A stretch of 63,197 nt of DNA, filler included, from Octopus bimaculoides (lineage: Eukaryota): NCBI RefSeq assembly GCF_001194135.2. It is 11 parts of 8 records of this genome, joined end to end, with 100 filler letters (N's around TTAATTAATTAA, not from the genome) between each part and the next. Parts side by side here need not be neighbours in the genome. Positions count along the whole stretch, not along the records: positions 12,940 to 24,485 come from NC_069008.1; positions 24,586 to 26,502 come from NC_068981.1; positions 26,603 to 35,725 come from NC_068981.1; positions 35,826 to 53,346 come from NC_068988.1; 7 more parts are not named here. The stretch is one strand, 5' to 3'. Below are positions 23,696-35,844 of this stretch, piece by piece (positions within the stretch are counted from its first letter, which is position 1; every line of letters starts with the position of its first letter). Position numbers and translations under genes: made by a program. The notes under the pieces are model-generated. The model saw only the letters and a program-made list of their open reading frames with translations. It was not told where the DNA came from and made no database searches.

Positions 23696-23885
23696 CGGTC
23701 ACTTACTTAGCCATATAATATTATAACTCGTACGTAACCTTATCATTTCGCATTTGTCTTGCTTCTATATGTTGGTTTCCTGAAGATGAATATATGTGCA
23801 ATTCCAGCAGCTCTTACTTCTTTGGAGTAGAGTGCACATATTTTTTGAAACATGTAGGAATTAAAGGAACTTTTGTTTATATGCA
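23696..23885 (+). mobile_element. Hammerhead-bearing interspersed repeat; copy of 2325-2516
   Basis: Aligns with the reverse complement of 2325-2516. Confidence 0.7.
23775..23861 (+). ncRNA. Type-I hammerhead ribozyme motif (best-preserved copy)
   Basis: GUUUC-CUGAAGA(23780-86)-stem II AAUAUAUGUGCA/UGCACAUAUUU-GAAA(23847-50)-CAUG-UA-GGAAU. Palindromic ACAUGU helix III; predicted cleavage after A23856. Confidence 0.75.
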
Positions 23886-24009
23886 TTTTTCTCCGTTGAT
23901 TGTTATTATTCATATGTATGAATGTATGTATGTATGTATGTATGTATGTATGTGTGTGGATTGCTAGCGATTTTTTCTTATTTTTCCTTCTTTCTCTTTG
24001 GACTTTCCT

Positions 24010-24044
24010 GTTTCCGACGAGGAGCTATGCTCGAAACATTAAAT
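24010..24044 (+). ncRNA. Degenerate minimal hammerhead motif
   Basis: GUUU-CCGACGA(U4C)-g-GAGC uau GCUC-GAAA-CAU-U-AAAU. Confidence 0.45.
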
Positions 24045-24140
24045 TAATATATTTCTTTTGCACGTCCTCACGTTCGTTTTTAACCTTTTTTTCCTCTGTT
24101 TTTAATTGTTTGTCTATTTCAATTGACTATTTATATACAC

Positions 24141-24306
24141 GGCGCAGGAGTGGCTATGTGATAAGTAGCTTTCTTACCAACCACATGGTCCCGGGTTCAG
24201 TCCCACTGCGTGGCACCTTGGGCAAGTGTCTTCTACTAGAGCCTCGGGCTGCCGACCAAAGCCTTGTGAGTGGATTTGGTAGACGGAAACGGAAAGAAGC
24301 CCGTTG
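24141..24306 (+). mobile_element. CORE-like SINE 5' half (family A)
   Basis: GGCGCAGGAGTGGC...GGTTCAGTCCCACTGCGTGGCACCTTGGGCAAGTGTCTT...GAAAGAAGCCCG, then (TA)n. Confidence 0.85.
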
Positions 24307-24338
<32 letters not shown>

Positions 24339-24585
24339 ATTGTTTGCAAACAACTTCTTCAAAATAATTTTTTTGATTATGGGGATATGTTATCCGAGCG
24401 GTCACCAGTTTTGCGCTTCTATCGCGTGATAATTCTTGTTATCGATCTTGTGCTTATGTACTAATGATTATGGTTGATTGATTTANNNNNNNNNNNNNNN
24501 NNNNNNNNNNNNNNNNNNNNNNNNNNNNNTTAATTAATTAANNNNNNNNNNNNNNNNNNNNNNNNNNNNNNNNNNNNNNNNNNNN

Positions 24586-24616
<31 letters not shown>

Positions 24617-25785
24617 TATATATACACACACACTATATATATATATATATATATATAGAAATATCACGCAATCACACACACACACACACACATAATCCAA
24701 GTAAGAAAGTAAATAATTTTCTTAACACGTCTTTAATGATACTATACAGTTGTTTCTGTACCAACTATACTTGCGACGCCAGTTTACACAAATATGAAGT
24801 GAGATTGTGTGTAATGTTTGCGGACTTAGACATCAGAATGGCACTTCATCAGACTTGCATGAAAGCTGCACCAATTGCAAAGAGTTTCACCAGAACATAC
24901 ACTGATGCACCCACAAACACACCTCAGCATGACGCGCACAGACCCACTAGACATTTTCCCACAATCCCCAATATAATCACCCTCACATATTGTACCCTGA
25001 CACACACCGCATGCATACATAGATGCCGAACAATTTAACCAGAACATTAAAGAAAGAAAACAGATTAACGAACAAAGATGCGTGTGTCCCCTCCCCTATT
25101 CTGCAAAGGCTATACATAGTGTTCCACTACACACATTCCATGTCCGGAAGTAAACCAGTCATAAAGACACACACACATTTCCCTTAAACTCTTTTCCTGT
25201 AAAAATCTCACTGACATCGAACAAAACCTGCCCGGAATTCATGTTTTTGATACCAAGGGACATAACATTTAACCTAATCCCTTGCTTGATTCTTTCGTCG
25301 TATTTTACACAGCAAGCAAACACCGGACGAACTTCTTCAGCCCCAACAATAGGGAACAGCCGCCATATTTAATCCCGTAAGAATGACCACTAAAGAGCGC
25401 GGGATTACATGGCTAGAATGTTACATAACATGCCATTGAACAACTTCAGCTACCGCCGATTGGTAAGAAAGGCCGTAATGGATATGTAATACTGTATTCG
25501 TCTATGTTTTCCTTTTGATGTGGTCTTTCAGTTTAACATTTGTAATAACTATTGTAGCGACACGAATTCCCTGTATTCTATATTTTCTAAAACAGAAATT
25601 CCCTGAATATTACTATGCCACTCTTCATTCAATACTCACCTTCTTTTTCTCTTTTTCTTTCGCCCTCCTTTCTTATATGGCTCCCTTATGCCTTTCCCTC
25701 ACACCTCTCTTTTTTTATATTTATGTCACTGTCTTTCGCCCTCTCTTATTCTTCAGTCCCTCCTCTCTCTCTCACTCTCTATCTC

Positions 25786-25833
<48 letters not shown>

Positions 25834-27654
25834 TACCTCCCTTCTCTCTCACATTCCTTAGTCCCTCCACTCTCCACCATTTTACTTCTCTTCTACCTCG
25901 TGACACGTGTCCAGTCAAGACACGTCGTTAACTCATTTTCCAGTGTTTCTTTGTGCCACCTTACCACTGTCCATTTAGCCGAAAGACTCTTTCTTTTAGT
26001 ATTACATATGGATATTTATTTTGTATACTATCGTATAGCTTGAAGGCACTTTCGTTTGTAATATTACCATTCTTGTCTCAACTATTTGTCATTATTTTGC
26101 TTGTAATACACGCTATGTTATTTTGTTCTGCACTCTTAAACTTTTGTAAGCACTTACCTGAAGCTTAATGCTCTGGCACCTCCTTGACAAATGTGTGGTT
26201 GGATTAAAAGCGTGCGAAACCACGGAGATGTCTAGGAAACAAACTAATTATAAATATCCGCTGAGAAAAAGCTTCTTGTATCGTGTTTATGTAACTTATT
26301 TTCCACCCATTACGTTTTCAACGAGTTTTCATCTCAGTATTTCACTCTTTGTGTTCTTACTTTTGAAACGTTGAAATATATGATGTATAAATATAAATAT
26401 CTACATATACGTGTATATATTAACACATATATATATATATTTATACACACGCACACACACACATATATATATATACATGATATATATATATATATATATA
26501 TANNNNNNNNNNNNNNNNNNNNNNNNNNNNNNNNNNNNNNNNNNNNTTAATTAATTAANNNNNNNNNNNNNNNNNNNNNNNNNNNNNNNNNNNNNNNNNN
26601 NNATATATATATATATACATACATGTATGTATGCATGTATGTATGTAAGTAATAGCATGGCAGCATTAATATTGGTCGGGCTGAAACTACAGTTTGCAGG
26701 TATGGTAAGTGTGAAACAACGATGGATTGTTCGTGACTCATTCATTTTATCTTGGCTACTTGACATATCTATATATCATTATACCTTCAGTTTTTCTCCT
26801 AACCCCTCTCCCCTGTCTGGCATCTGCATAACAAGAATTTCAATGTTATCTCTTTCACTGCTAATTAAAACAACCGTATCGCATCCTTTCGCCAATATCG
26901 ATCCTCGACATCAAGGACATAAGCATTGCTCTTTTCTTACTGATTTTAACACTTCAGCTTGTTACTTACTGCCTCTTCTTTTTTTTCTTCCCTTTCTTCT
27001 TGTTCGTACTTGTTTTATTGCTGTTTTATTGTTGTTTTTGTATGCTTCCTTCTACGAACAACCCTGCACCATCTAAAATAAAATAGTACATANNNNNNNN
27101 NNATATATACATATATACAAACAGAAAAACGAGAAAAAAAAATCAAGCAAACACGCATCATTTCAAAGCATCATGGGAGTCAGTAGGTTTAGACACAAGC
27201 AAACAACGCTCTCTATGAGTAAACAGTTGTATTACTGCGTAAACATTTATTACTGCGTTTCGACTCTTGTTTGCCGTCTTTTACTGAGTCTCCTGGGTAA
27301 ATGTTTTTTACTGGTGTTAAGGAATAGAATTAAGCCGATTAGAATAGAAAAAAATGTTGGCAGAGAAGACAGATTTATTCAATAATAATTTAGGTTAGAT
27401 TACATTTCATTTTTTTCTCATATTTCAGTCTCTACAACACAATTGACAACATCTGCGGCAGCCATCTTAATTTCGCTTTTTACCAACTTCCTTCCATCTT
27501 TTCTCCGCTGCCTGCTTTCATTTAACATCTCGTTTATTCTCACATAAAGCGATCAGTTATAGCAAATTCCTCACTTATTATTTACTATTCCCTCATATTT
27601 AAATCCGCATACCGTTCGCAATATTTGCTTATGTTCTTATTATTAATAGTATTA

Positions 27655-27806
27655 GGCGCAGGCGTGGCCGTGTCGTTAAGAAGCTTGCTTCCCAACCATG
27701 TAGTCTTGGGTTCAGTCCCACTGCGCTTACCTTGGACTAGTACCTTCTACTGTAGCCCAAAGTCTTCTGAGTCGATTCGGTTGACGGAATCTAAAAAAAG
27801 CCTGTC
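27655..27806 (+). mobile_element. Diverged CORE-like SINE 5' half (family A)
   Basis: Same head and core as above. Confidence 0.7.
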
Positions 27807-27821
27807 ATATATGTATGTATA

Positions 27822-30698
27822 TCATTATTCAGTTTATTTCAAGCTTTCTTGCCAATAGAGAAAGAACCGGTTTCTAACCTAGATCCAAGGTTCCTTCATT
27901 GGAATTTCAACATCAACAATAGGGTATGTATGTATGTACGTACGTATGTATGTATGTATGTATGTATGTATGCATGTACGTGTGCAGTTTTCTATGTTTT
28001 GCTTTATGTATGTATTCTCATGCATATAGTTGCATATATAGACATACTCATATATATTTAAATTATAAACTTCTGGAAAGTTTTACAGATTGTTACAGGT
28101 CCAGTGATGGATTAGATCTGTAGCCTTCGAACTAGCTTTCTTTTTCTGGTTTTCAGAAGCTTAATTTCTCAAGATTAGTATTTACATATCCCAGGGCCCT
28201 AATAATTACAGGTATAAATCTGAACTTGTAATCTGGATAGAGTAACTGCAGATTTCTCAATAATTCAGCATAGGTGTTCTCTTTTTCACTGATCTTCAGC
28301 TTTATGTTAACACCCACTGGGCCGCTAATTTCCACAACCGTGCACAGTTTCTCTTCTCTATTCCAAATCATTATATCAGGTCTGTTGCGCTTACATTTTA
28401 TTGGGGTTTTCACTGGGACATTCCACCAGTACTCCCTCTTATTATGAGTGGCTTTGGCTTCTACCATACTGTGGGTTCTTATTTCTTTGTCCTCTGGATT
28501 ACCCTTCCGACAGATTTCATTATAGAGTGTCCTAGCTACACCATGTCTTATCGGTAGATAATACGTGATGACATTTTCGGACAACTGCCTGTAATGTGGG
28601 TGATATTTTCGGTGTTAACTCCACAAAGTCTGCATCGGTTGTCATATTCTACTGCTTTTCTTACATTCCTGTCCCTTTTGTGCATCACCTGATGCACAAA
28701 ATTTGGTTGATATTTTCTGTTCCTGGATTGCAAATGCATACCCTTCAAAGTCGGAGGTAGTAATCCGGCTATTGGTCCATGAGAGACTACTTCGATGATC
28801 AATGTTACTATCATCTCGGAGTTTTCTACTAACATGTCCATGCATAGTCTTCTGCTCATATAGGCTCATCCTTTCATCTGATGATACGTTGCGGTAGAGT
28901 CGTGTGACTTCTTTGAGCATATATTTAAGGTTATCAGACAAAGAATGTTGCTCAAGGAGCTGCCTTCCAAGTATTATGATGTTATCAGCCTCATGTATGC
29001 AAACTTGGTCAAGGGATACACTTCGACGCTTGGTGGTTAAAAGATGTTGCCGAAGGGATATGATACGGCATTCAAAGGCATTTTGGATCGATGTTAAGCC
29101 TCTGCCACCTTGTTTTCGTTTTAGGCAGAGGCGGTTTACGTCACTTTTGATGTGGAATTTATGCGTGTTTGTTAGTATTTTTCGGGTTTTCATATGAATG
29201 TCTCGGATTTCATCAAGCGTCCAATCAAGCAGCCCAAATGTTGGTATGAGTACTGCCATTGCAAACACGCTGTCAGCCACTGTTTTATTGAATGCAGAGA
29301 GTTCTAAGGTCCAAATTTTTTTTATTCGGCTGTAATATTCTTTAGTGACACGTGCTTTTTTGCAGGTGCCACTGTAAGATATATTCCTCGTCAGATATAG
29401 AGGAAACAGTCAAGTCATTGATGGAGATGTTGCTAGTCTGGTTCACAATTTTTCCCTTTTTCACAACCATATAACATTTATCCTGATCAAAATCCTACCC
29501 TACAGCCTTTGAGAATGTTGTAACTAGGTCAAGGCTCTTTTTCATTTCGTGCATATTCTTTGCATGAAGTATCATGTCATCCACGAAGAAACAGTGTGTA
29601 ATTTTAGTATTTCTGTCTCTTTGTGAACCAGTGAGATATCCTTCAGACTTCCTTAATATGAATGACAAGGGGTTTACAGAAAGTATAAACAACAACACAG
29701 AGAGGCTGTCTCCTTGGAATATGCCTCTGCAATACTGTATTCTATCGGTCATAATACAGTCACTCTTTGTGTTTAATTTCAAGATGGTGGCCTACGATGA
29801 AGTCAGGTCAGCTATGGCTTTGACTATTCTCACTGGAACTTTAGCAAATTGAAGGGCTTCTAGCATCCATGAGTGAGGAACAGAATCAAATGCTTTCTTG
29901 TAGTCTAGTCACATTGAAACTAGGTTCCTCCTATGCTCTCGCACCTGACATCACGGTTTTGTTGATTAACAATTGCTCGGCACATCCTCAGACTCCCTTC
30001 TGTTGTGATAATGTTATTGGTTTCACAATGGTCCTGGTGGAAGAGGTTTAATCATGCTGTATACATTTTATACATTAAGTTCTGGCATGCAATTGGCCGG
30101 TAGTTTTTTGCCATGTGGGTGGCTCTGCATTTGAGGATCAATTTTGTCTCTGCCAGAGCTAACCAGTGTGGTACGCTACTGTTCCCATTGAGAGCTTGCT
30201 GGTACAGATTGATAAGATATGGTCGGTAGAAGGTTAGCTTTTTATACCAATATCCAACAATCAAGTCTCTCCCAGATGCTTTTCCATCCGGGTGTTTCTG
30301 GATGTTGCAAGACATGCAATGCTGTATGTCTTGAGCGTAACGCAGGAGCAATAACTTCTTCGGATTTCTTCCAGCCACAGAGCGTCTTGGTTAAATTCAT
30401 TTTTTTCACTCCAGATTCTCCTCCACAAGGAGTCTATGTCTTCTCGTGAAGGATCTTCTGTGATGCTCACTACTCCTCCTCTCGTGTCTCTGTATACTGC
30501 TGCCTAGTTGCGGTTAAATTTTTGTTTATTGTTCTTCTCTCGGTTATTCTCTTCTGATGTCGGAGTTTTTCACTGACAGCTTTTAGCTCCTGCTTTAGGG
30601 TAATCAGTTTGCAAGTGAGTGTCCCCTTTTTGCTGTCTCCAAACATCATTTCTATCACCTTCTTTACTTTCTGTTGCTGGGACGTATAGTGATTTGCT
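27822..30698 (-). mobile_element. ~2.9-kb 5'-truncated R4/Dong-clade non-LTR retrotransposon (RT, CCHC knuckle, RLE, 3' UTR), frameshifted
   Basis: RT motifs NYRPIACQNLMYK, RGIFQGDSLSVLLF and HCFFVDDM; thumb LCLKRKQGGRGL; CRLCGVNTENITHITGSC knuckle; RLE RPDIMIWNREEKLCTVVEIS and IPVIIRALG. The 3' UTR matches the tails at 9834, 10332 and 54611. Confidence 0.93.
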
Positions 30699-31021
30699 TG
30701 TATGTATGTATGCATGTATGTATCTATGTATGTATGTGCGTATGTGTGTATGTATATATGTATATATGTATGTATGTATGTATGTATGTAGGTAGGTAGG
30801 TATGTAGGTAGGTAGGTAGGTAGGTAGGTAGGTATATATGTATGTATGTATGTATGTACCTATGGGTATGTGTCTGTGTCTATCCCCCACCAACGCTTGA
30901 CAACCGGTTAATTAGCATAATTGGTGGTGGTGGTGGTGGTGATGGTGGTGGTGGTCTTGAAAGCAATGTTACTCTTGTGGCTCATGACTATGATTATGAT
31001 AATATTGATATCGACAAAATC

Positions 31022-31200
31022 AGTACCTGGTGGTATTCCGGTTCTTTACGTTCTGAATTCAAATCCCTCTGAAATCAATTTTGCCTTTCATCCTTTCGCG
31101 ATCGATAAAATAAAGTACCACTCAAGTACTGGAATCGATTATATTGAACAAGACACTCCCGCAAATTTCGGGCCCTGTGCCTATGCTAGGAGCAGTTACT
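31022..31200 (+). mobile_element. Nin/Deu-like SINE (family B)
   Basis: TACGTTCTGAATTCAAATCC...TTTGCCTTTCATCCTTTCGCGATCGATAAAATAAAGTACC. Confidence 0.75.
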
Positions 31201-31829
31201 ATGGAGATTGGTGGATTAACAGAATTCCTAAAACGACATTTTTTTTTCTTTTCTGAATCTTTGTGTTCTGGGTTCAAATGCCACCGAGACTAACTTTTCC
31301 TTCTAACTCATCCTGGGTTCATATTCACCTTCACACATTTCATGCCTTGTGCGTATATTAGAAACCACTCCTCTCCCTTCTCCTCCCTTTCAACATCATC
31401 ATTTTCATCATCATCTTCCTCACCATCATCATCAACAACAACAACAACAGCAGTAACAACAACAAAATCAACATGTATGTCTGCGCATGTGCGTGCCAGT
31501 ATAAATGAAAGTTGTCCACAAGTGGAAGGTACATCAACAATAAACGAAAGTGAAGTTGAAGCCTTTAAACAATGTTGTTATTATTATTGTTGTTTTACCT
31601 ACTCTTAAAATGACCGTGCTATTAATGTTTTATTCATTTAGGTTTTGTTCGTTCTTTTTTTTTTCGTTTTTTTTCGCCTTTTTTTTTCACGACAGTATAT
31701 TACAATATAATGCGCATAAATCTTCCCACAGACAGATATATAGAGATAGACATACAACGATAATAACTTTTGCTCGCCCTGTCTCTCCTTCTTCCTCACA
31801 TTCCCCTTTCCGCTTCCTTTCTTCTTCAG

Positions 31830-31976
31830 ATTATTCTGAACTCCATGCACAAGTACCAACCAAGAGTTCACGTCGTACAGGCCAACGATGTATTCACTAT
31901 GCGTTGGGGATCATTCTACACCTACGCCTTCGAGGAAACAAAATTTATTGCAGTGACAGCTTATCAGAACGAACAG
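31830..31976 (+). CDS. T-box transcription factor, internal coding exon (IILNSMHKYQPRVHVVQANDVFTMRWGSFYTYAFEETKFIAVTAYQNEQ); subfamily tentatively Tbx6/16 (VegT-like), Tbx2/3 not excluded
   Basis: 147 nt = 49 codons, phase 0/0. Long polypyrimidine tract plus CAG acceptor ending at 31829; GT donor at 31977. Contains the T-box motifs LNSMHKYQPR and FIAVTAYQN at the conserved T-box exon boundaries. Confidence 0.97.
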
Positions 31977-32266
31977 GTAAAAAAAATACACACATCTCTG
32001 TCAACTACGCGTCAATCAATTATATTTATTCCTCCTTTATGTCTACAGCCATTGCCGATAGTTCGTCGAGTCTGTAAGGCAGGAAAAGGAGACTAGTAGT
32101 TTAGTGTTCATTGACATACATTATTATTTAATTTCTTGTCTGATGAATTTCTAAGAGGAAATTCCTTACATGTCAATCTAATATGTAAAACTTTGTAATT
32201 CTTATTAGCAAATGAAACACGTGTAATGGTGAACAAATATACCGAACCATTTCCAATTTCCTGCTT

Positions 32267-32325
<59 letters not shown>

Positions 32326-32462
32326 CATATGCGCACGCATGCGCACACAAATACATACATGCATGCATACATACATACACACATACATACATACATACAT
32401 ACATACATACATACACATACATATACATATGGTACTGATTTTGTTTTTTATAATCATTTCAG

Positions 32463-32530
32463 ATAACACAACTAAAGATTGATAATAATCCATTCGCAAA
32501 AGGTTTTCGAGACAACGGAATGGGCAGACG
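32463..32530 (+). CDS. T-box transcription factor, next coding exon (ITQLKIDNNPFAKGFRDNGMGR + split codon)
   Basis: 68 nt; acceptor ...tcatttcAG, donor GTAAGT at 32531. In frame with the previous exon across a 486-bp intron. Encodes the canonical T-box end ITQLKIDNNPFAKGFR. Confidence 0.97.
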
Positions 32531-32762
32531 GTAAGTACAACAACACAAATATTGAATCGGTGGATAAATATTTCAATGATCTCGACGTATGAAAGACAAA
32601 AATCTACCACGGGACATAAAAGCTAAACTACAATAAATATCCAAATTGGTTGTATGTAGGTATGTATGTATGTATATGTGTGTATGTATGTATGTATGTA
32701 CATGTGTGTGCACGTGCGTTCGTGCATGCGTGCGTGCGTGTGCATATGTATGTATGTATGTA

Positions 32763-32849
<87 letters not shown>

Positions 32850-32850
<1 letters not shown>

Positions 32851-33066
32851 CGCGTTGTGTCCTTGAGCATGACACTTTATTTCACGCTGTTCCAGTCCAC
32901 TCACCTGGCAAAAATGAGTTCAAAGGGCCAGCCTTGTTACATTCTGTGTCACGCTGAATCTCCCTGAGAACTACGTTCAAAGTACACGTGTCTGTAGAGT
33001 GCTCAGCCACTTGCACGTTAATTTCACGGATCAACTGGAACCTTTGTCGTCGTAATCAACGGAGTG
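32850..33066 (+). mobile_element. 5'-truncated SINE with Meta-like domain
   Basis: GCGTTGTGTCCTTGAGCATGACACTTTA...TCCACTCACCTGGCAAAAATGAG resembles the Meta-SINE core (recalled consensus). Confidence 0.5.
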
Positions 33067-33154
33067 TCATGTATGCATGCATGTATGTATGTATGTAAGT
33101 ATGTATGTATGTATGTATGTATGTATGCATGTATGTATGTATGTATGCATGTAC

Positions 33155-33295
33155 ATGGGTCTATAAAAATCTGCAAGACCTTCTTAAGATATAAAGGATG
33201 ATGGTTGAAACAAGATATTTTCCTTCACAACCTTGCTACCAAAAAGGTAGCTCGTCAAAATTTACTCTAAACTAAAAAGAGAAAAAGAACATACA
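33155..33295 (+). mobile_element. 3' UTR tail of CATA family 2 LINE
   Basis: AAACAAGAT..TTCCTTCACAACCTTGCTACCAA...TAAA.TAAAAAGAGAAAA.GAACATA is the reverse complement of 11315-11430. Confidence 0.7.
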
Positions 33296-33800
33296 TACAC
33301 ATACGCACACACACACATTGTCTCAAAGTTATAAAGCTATTTGTTAACGGTACATGCTTGAATTGGACTTATCAATGTACTACGGCTCAGTGAGTGTGCA
33401 ATTATTAATTATACACACGTTTATACAGATGTCCGTTTCTCACTACATGTATTACAATATACGCATGTAAAATGTGAAATGTATATGAGTAAGCAGTTGT
33501 CGCAGTGAATATGCGTGTGTGTGAATATACGTGTTGGTGCGTGTGTGTGTGTTTGTGGTTATATAATGTGCATGTGTGTGTCCATATGTATATGTTTATG
33601 AGTAATTTCACGAGAAAAGACAGTTGTAGTTGAAATAGGAAAATGAGAAATTAAAAGAAAAAATGAAAATATTATAAACGAACATTTATACGCATGATCA
33701 TTTCTGCACTTGCTTTTGTATTAAATGTTGAAGTGGTAATCTCGAAAACATGGGATTTTCAATCAAAGAAATAAACCAGCTAATCAACATGTGCATCTTT

Positions 33801-34258
<458 letters not shown>

Positions 34259-34811
34259 TTTGCGCGCACGCATATGTGTGTGTGCTTGTATGTATATAAT
34301 ATTCACTAATACTACTTTTAACACTCATGTGGACTAAAACGTTTCTTATATTAGCTTTTACTCTGTCACAAACCAACAGAGGTAATATAAGTCCTTCCAT
34401 ATCAACTATATTTTATGTATTATCAAGCTAACCTGACAACATATACGATTACCAGGATAGAGCTATGACTAAATTAAACTTGAAATGCAAAGGAAAGTTT
34501 GACAGCCTGGTATCGAAATAGTAATGATTGGCTTAATTATGCATAAAATATTAGGCATTAAATTAGCATTCTTTTATAACGAATGGAAAATATTTACCTT
34601 TTTATATTCAACGAATAATATCTATAGTGAGAATCAACCTACCTTGCGGAGTTTCTGAAGAGCCATTGGCGAAGCAGGATGGATATATATATTGTCGGGC
34701 GAACGATTATGGATTATCTTCTTTTAGTCACCCTCAGACTTATCTTGGGGTACTTTATTCTAAGTGGTTGGAGGTTTTTTTCTCTTTGAATTTGTCCTGC
34801 CCTATATATAT

Positions 34812-35428
34812 AGTGGCTGTGTGGTAAGTGTATATATATATATGTGTGTGTATGTGTGTGTTTGTGTGTCTGCCCCCTCCCCAACATCGCTTGACAACCG
34901 ATGCTGGTGTGTTTACGTCCCCGTAACTTAGCGGTTCGGCAAAAGAGACCTGTAGAATAAGTACTAGGCTTACAAAGAATAAGTCCTGGGGTCGATTTGC
35001 TCGATTAAAGGCGGTGCTCCAGCATGGCCGCAGTCAAATAACTGAAACAAGTAAAAGAGTAAAAGAGTATATAANNNNNNNNNNNNNNNNNNNNNNNNNN
35101 NNNNNNNNNNNNNNTATAGCTTCGGGCCGACCAAAGCCTTGTAAGTGGATTTGGTAGACGGAAACTGAAAGCCCGTCGTATATATATGTATATATATATA
35201 TGTGTGTGTATGTGTGTGTTTGTGTGTCTGCCCCCTCCCCAACATCGCTTGACAACCGATGCTGGTGTGTTTACGTCCCCGTAACTTAGCGGTTCGGCAA
35301 AAGAGACCTGTAGAATAAGTACTAGGCTTACAAAGAATAAGTCCTGGGGTCGATTTGCTCGATTAAAGGCGGTGCTCCAGCATGGCCGCAGTCAAATAAC
35401 TGAAACAAGTAAAAGAGTAAAAGAGTAT
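34812..35428 (+). mobile_element. Family A SINE, apparently duplicated across a short gap
   Basis: 34830-35070 is essentially identical to 35190-35428. Confidence 0.8.
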
Positions 35429-35844
35429 ATAAAACAAATAGTGAAGGATTATCAATCCGGGAAAAATAGCTCCCCATCCCCATACAATATCCATTTCTTC
35501 AGTACTCTGCTTGTTGTAACCAGAAATGGCTCTGATGAAAGTAGCATCAATTTTACTCAATTGATCAATTGACCAATTGAGTAAACGTAATGTACCTATA
35601 ATCACTACTGGAAACAGCTACAAGCCAAATTTGCTCCAATAAAGGGAAAATATGTAATGACCATTATTTTTAATGCATTTATGTGTCCTTATGATATATA
35701 TACACACACACACACATATATATATNNNNNNNNNNNNNNNNNNNNNNNNNNNNNNNNNNNNNNNNNNNNTTAATTAATTAANNNNNNNNNNNNNNNNNNN
35801 NNNNNNNNNNNNNNNNNNNNNNNNNTATATATATATATATATAA

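Noticed and set aside
26175-26235. Possible hammerhead (CTTGACAA...GCGAAACCACGGAG)
   Set aside because: Too many core changes and no convincing stem II.
34830-35428. Exact ~240-bp direct duplication of a SINE half
   Set aside because: Identical sequence on both sides of a short gap is most likely an unmerged contig overlap.
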